DNA of 64,000 nucleotides from Takakia lepidozioides (lineage: Eukaryota; Plantae; Bryophyta). Below are positions 60,172 through 64,000 of this stretch, piece by piece; the first letter of the stretch is position 1, and each line of letters opens with the position of its first letter. The notes beneath the pieces were generated by a model. It made no database searches and was not told the origin of the DNA. It was given only the letters and a program-made list of their open reading frames with translations. The stretch covers positions 71,920,001 to 71,984,000 of the forward strand of contig CM060733.1 in the NCBI GenBank assembly GCA_030704615.1, in the 5' to 3' direction. The translations under genes and the position numbers were made by a program.

Positions 60172-63100
60172 TGTCACGGCCCTTTGCCTTGAGGGCGGGG
60201 GGTCGGGACACAAGAGGGACTGCCCCTGTGGTGGGGGCAGTGGCAGCAAATAGGAAAGGGGACTGAAGCACCCTTGAGTGCCAAAGGCACTCAAGGAGGC
60301 GCTCGCGCTCACTAGGTGGAGCCCCGCAAACCGGGTGGCGGTGGTGGGGGCTCCACAAGGGGTGGTGGTAGCATGGGGAGTCGTAGTGGGGGTGGCATAG
60401 GACTCACCATGAGGCTGAGGCCTTGTGGTGGGAGTCGTGGGGAGTCTTGGGACTCACCACGGTCCATTGGGGCCATTGTGGATGGGCCAAGATTCACCGC
60501 GGCTCACCACTGGGACGATCGAGGGTCTAAGTGGTTGTGTATCAGATTTGGACTTGTGGAACCCCTGCAGACACCTACAAAAGTATATATAGGGAGTAGT
60601 AACCCCGAGAACGGTGCAAGCCCATTGGTGACCAAAAACTAGGGAGTACGCGTGCGAGCCGGAAAGCGACCAAGGTATGGGGAGCTATTCCGGACTGCCA
60701 TCTACCAAAGGGAATTTCCACTGAGCCCGATAGGTCGAGGGTCAAGTGGGAGTGTGAGGGGGACCGTTATGCCCCGGTGAGCAGCCGAAGCTCCGAGTTG
60801 GCCCGGTGGCCAATTTGGGAGTTAGGCGCGCACATCAAAGCGAGTAACTATGACTTGAAAGGGAGCTTACCGAAGTGAGGTGCACGACACTTGGTATCAG
60901 AGCCTAGAGTTCAGTACGCGATCGTCCTTGAGATTGGCCTCACCATGGGGTCGGGCAAGACAAAGTGAAAACGGAACAGCCCGAAAGGAAATAATCCCGG
61001 TGATCCCGGTGGGGGCGACGTGTCACCGGAGCGGCAACCGGAAGAGGCAATTTATGATTCTGATAGCGAGGCCGCTCGAGAGTGGGAGGAATTTGAGGGG
61101 ACGGAGCCCGAGGACTTCCCTAAGGTTCCGTCAAACCAACAATTGCCTCCCATGCCAGCAGCCTTTTGGGAAGGGCTTCTGGCACAGTTTGGCGGGACAC
61201 TGACGGACGTAATGAAAGCTGCCAACGCCACTTCCACTAAGGCAAAGTCTAAGGTGAAGCCTAAGGAACCCGGCACCTTCAAGGGCATCCAAAATCGGAA
61301 GGCACTCAACACCTGGCTCCTAGAGCTAGAGCAGTACTTCCGGGCGGCCAAGTTGAGTGACGAGGATCGGGTGGAAGTGGCACCCACCTATTTGAGGGGT
61401 TATGCTCAACAATGGTGGAAGAAACATCTTTAGGACCAAGGGCCAAACCGAGAGACCTTGAGCTGGAGGGGGTTCAAGGAACTAATGAAGAAACAGTTCG
61501 TGCCCCTCAACGCGTCCTGGCTCGCCCGGGACAAGATGAGAAATTTGAAGCAAACGGATGACATTCGGGGATACGTTCAGGCTTTCAATGTATTGTTGCT
61601 CAAAGTCGCGGATATGATAGAACGAGAAATGATCTTCAACTTTGTGGCGGGACAGGCCCCGTGGGCCAGACGGAAGTTGGAGGAGAAGCCACCTAAGACT
61701 TTGAACGAGGCAATTGAAAGGCTGAATGCTTCTCGGATGTCCCTAGGGGTGAAAGACAAGGTCGTACGGAGCTGAACCACAAGAAGGTCCGGCAGGAAGG
61801 TGACTCCTTCCGACCGGAGAAGAAGTGGGATAGGCCACGCGGCGATAATGACACATGGAAATCGAAGGGAGGGCCTTCACACGTCAAGGCGGCACCCGGT
61901 GCTCCGAAAGGAAAATCAGGTACGGCGGCTTATGGCGGAAAGAAGGCGACCTTCGATGGAGTGTGCTTTAATTGCGGGGAGCCCGGGCACATGGCCAAGA
62001 AGTGTGCAACACCCCGACAATTGAACTTGACTCGGGCGACCACGGAGCTGTCCAAAGATTCCATCAGCCGCTTGGTGGAGGTGGTGGTCGCCAAGACTTG
62101 CAAGGTAGGCAACTACTCTTGTGAGTTATATCAGGAGATTGGGGCCTTGCATAAAGGGAGTCAGTTAATGTTCATGAGCGGAATAATTTCCGGAACTAAC
62201 GTGTCGTTGTTGGTGGACACAGGAGCGTCGCACTCCTTCATGACACTGGCAACGACACGGAAGCTGGGGCTCCCGACAAGTGATGTGGGGGCCTCTATTG
62301 AAGTGCGTTCTGCCAAAGTAGAACCACAATTGGCGACGAAGTTGGCGTTCGATGTTCCTCTTCAGCCGGGGAGTTGGGAGGGACGTGAGAACTTCACCAT
62401 TTGCGAGATCGATGGAGTGGATCTCATTTTGGGGATGACCTTTTTGAGCGAATCCGGAGCGGTCATAAATGGCCGTAAGAGAGTAGTCACGCTACCGTGT
62501 GGGAATGGTTGCGAAGTTTTACAGGGTGTCGAAAATGCCCAACCGAGTGGGAGGGCGAGTAAACCTGCTGACAACAAAGGAGTGGGCCGTGGAGGAGCCA
62601 CACGAGCCCCAATTTTTGCTTTACATGAGACAAGTGGAAGGAGAAGTCGATAGGGAGCCGAGCCCAGATTGGATCAAGGGGATCCTGTAGAAATACCAGG
62701 ATCTGATGCCAAAGGATTTACCAAGCGGCTTGCCAACGCGAAGAGGAGTTGACCACAAGATAGAGGTGATACCGGGATCGGAACCGCCTGCCAAGGCGCC
62801 CTACCGGTTGAGCCACAGAGAGTTGGTCGAGCTGAAGGCCCAGCTCAAGGATCTAATGGCAAAGGGGTACATCCGACCGAGTAAGTCACCTTACGGAGCC
62901 CCGGTACTATTCGCGGATAAGAAGGATGGGACGCTGCCGATGTGTGTCGATTATAGGGCTCTGAATAAGGTGACTATCAGAAACCGGTACCCTTTGCCAA
63001 GGATCGACGACCTCTTCAATCAGTTGACATGAGCAAAGTATTTCAGCCGGATTTACATCGGGTTACCACCAGATCCGGATAGCGGAAGGAGATGAGGAAA

Positions 63101-64000
63101 AGACAGCATGCAGGACAAGGTATGGCTCATACGAATTTTTGGTGATGCATTTTGGGCTCACCAACGCGCCAACAACCTTTAGTACCCTGATGAACTGCCT
63201 CTTTCAGGAGTGGTTGGATGACTTTGTGATCATGTACATCGATGACATCTTGGTGTACTCGAAAACGAAGGAAAAGCACTTGGAGCACCTCAAAAGGGTG
63301 TTCCAGAAATTGTGGGAATGGAAGCTGTATGCCAAAGCTTCAAAGTGCAAATTCGGGGTCACGAAAGTGGAGTTCCTAGGGCATGTGATTACACAGGATG
63401 GGATCAAAATAGATGACAGAAATGTGAGGGCGATCTTGGACTGGGAACCTCCGACTTCGGTCCCAAGAGTGCAATCCTTTCTAGGACTCACCTCCTATTA
63501 CCGAAAGTATGTGAGAAATTTTGCCAAGATTGCGGGGCCGCTGTCAGACCTTCTGTGTAAGTCCAAGGTATGGGTATGGAACACCTTTTGTGGCCAAGCT
63601 TTTGCCGAGTTGAAGCAGCGGATGGCGAAAGCTCCAGTCTTGAAAATCCCGGAGTTCGACCGTCCATTTGAGATTCATACAAATGCGTCGAACTTTGCAA
63701 TCGGGGGTGTGCTCATGCATGAAGGACGTCCAATGGCTTATGAAAGGAAGAAACTGAATGAAGTGGAGCGACGGTGGCCTACGCACGAAAAAGAAATGAA
63801 GGCGGTGGTGCATTGCCTTGAGCTTTGGCGCCACTATGTTGGTTAATCCAACCCGGTGAAGGTGTTCACGGATAATGTCACGGTGAAGTATTTTGCCACA
63901 CAACCTAAGTTGTCCCCAAAACAACTTAGATGGCAAGACACTTTGGCAGTGTTCGACGTGGATATCCAGTACAAACCGGGACGGGACAATGTGGTGACCG
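60172..64000 (+). mobile_element. Ty3/Gypsy LTR retrotransposon (5' LTR 60172-60889, PBS, gag, protease, RT, RNase H), degenerate; runs off the window
   Basis: TGTC...GACA LTR. Met PBS TGGTATCAGAGC at 60892-60903. Gag with CFNCGEPGHMAKKC, protease LVDTGASHSF, RT 'SPYGAPVLF...CVDYRALNK...YPLPRIDDL...YIDDIL', RNase H 'ASNFAIGGVL...THEKEMKAVV'. Stops and frameshifts. Confidence 0.96.

Overview
Eukaryotic nuclear DNA from a land plant, most likely a non-seed plant such as a moss or liverwort (inferred from the transposon repertoire). Two spliced housekeeping genes converge. The first is a 13-exon branched-chain keto-acid dehydrogenase E1-beta gene (+, 5632-15563). The second is a P-loop uridine/pantothenate-kinase-like gene (-, 24558 to at least 41168). 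Most of the rest is mobile DNA: Ty3/Gypsy remnants at both ends, a Crypton-type tyrosine-recombinase pseudogene whose catalytic segment is inverted, a young internally deleted Ty1/Copia in an intron, a non-autonomous hAT element, a CRE-like retrotransposon, two tRNA-derived SINEs, head-to-tail RTE/RTEX-like LINEs at (CT)n tracts, an LTR element with a ~900-codon extra ORF, and a CACTA transposase fragment. The most unusual structure is a ~10 kb element (about 49.0-59.3 kb). It pairs a Mutator-like/SWIM transposase with a divergently oriented ParB/Srx-like gene. Between them lies an array of more than 20 palindromes (GAATTTCGGCGCCGAAATTC) spaced at whole helical turns, mostly 60-65 bp, resembling a ParB/parS-like module inside a plant transposon. 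All calls are by eye, without database searches.
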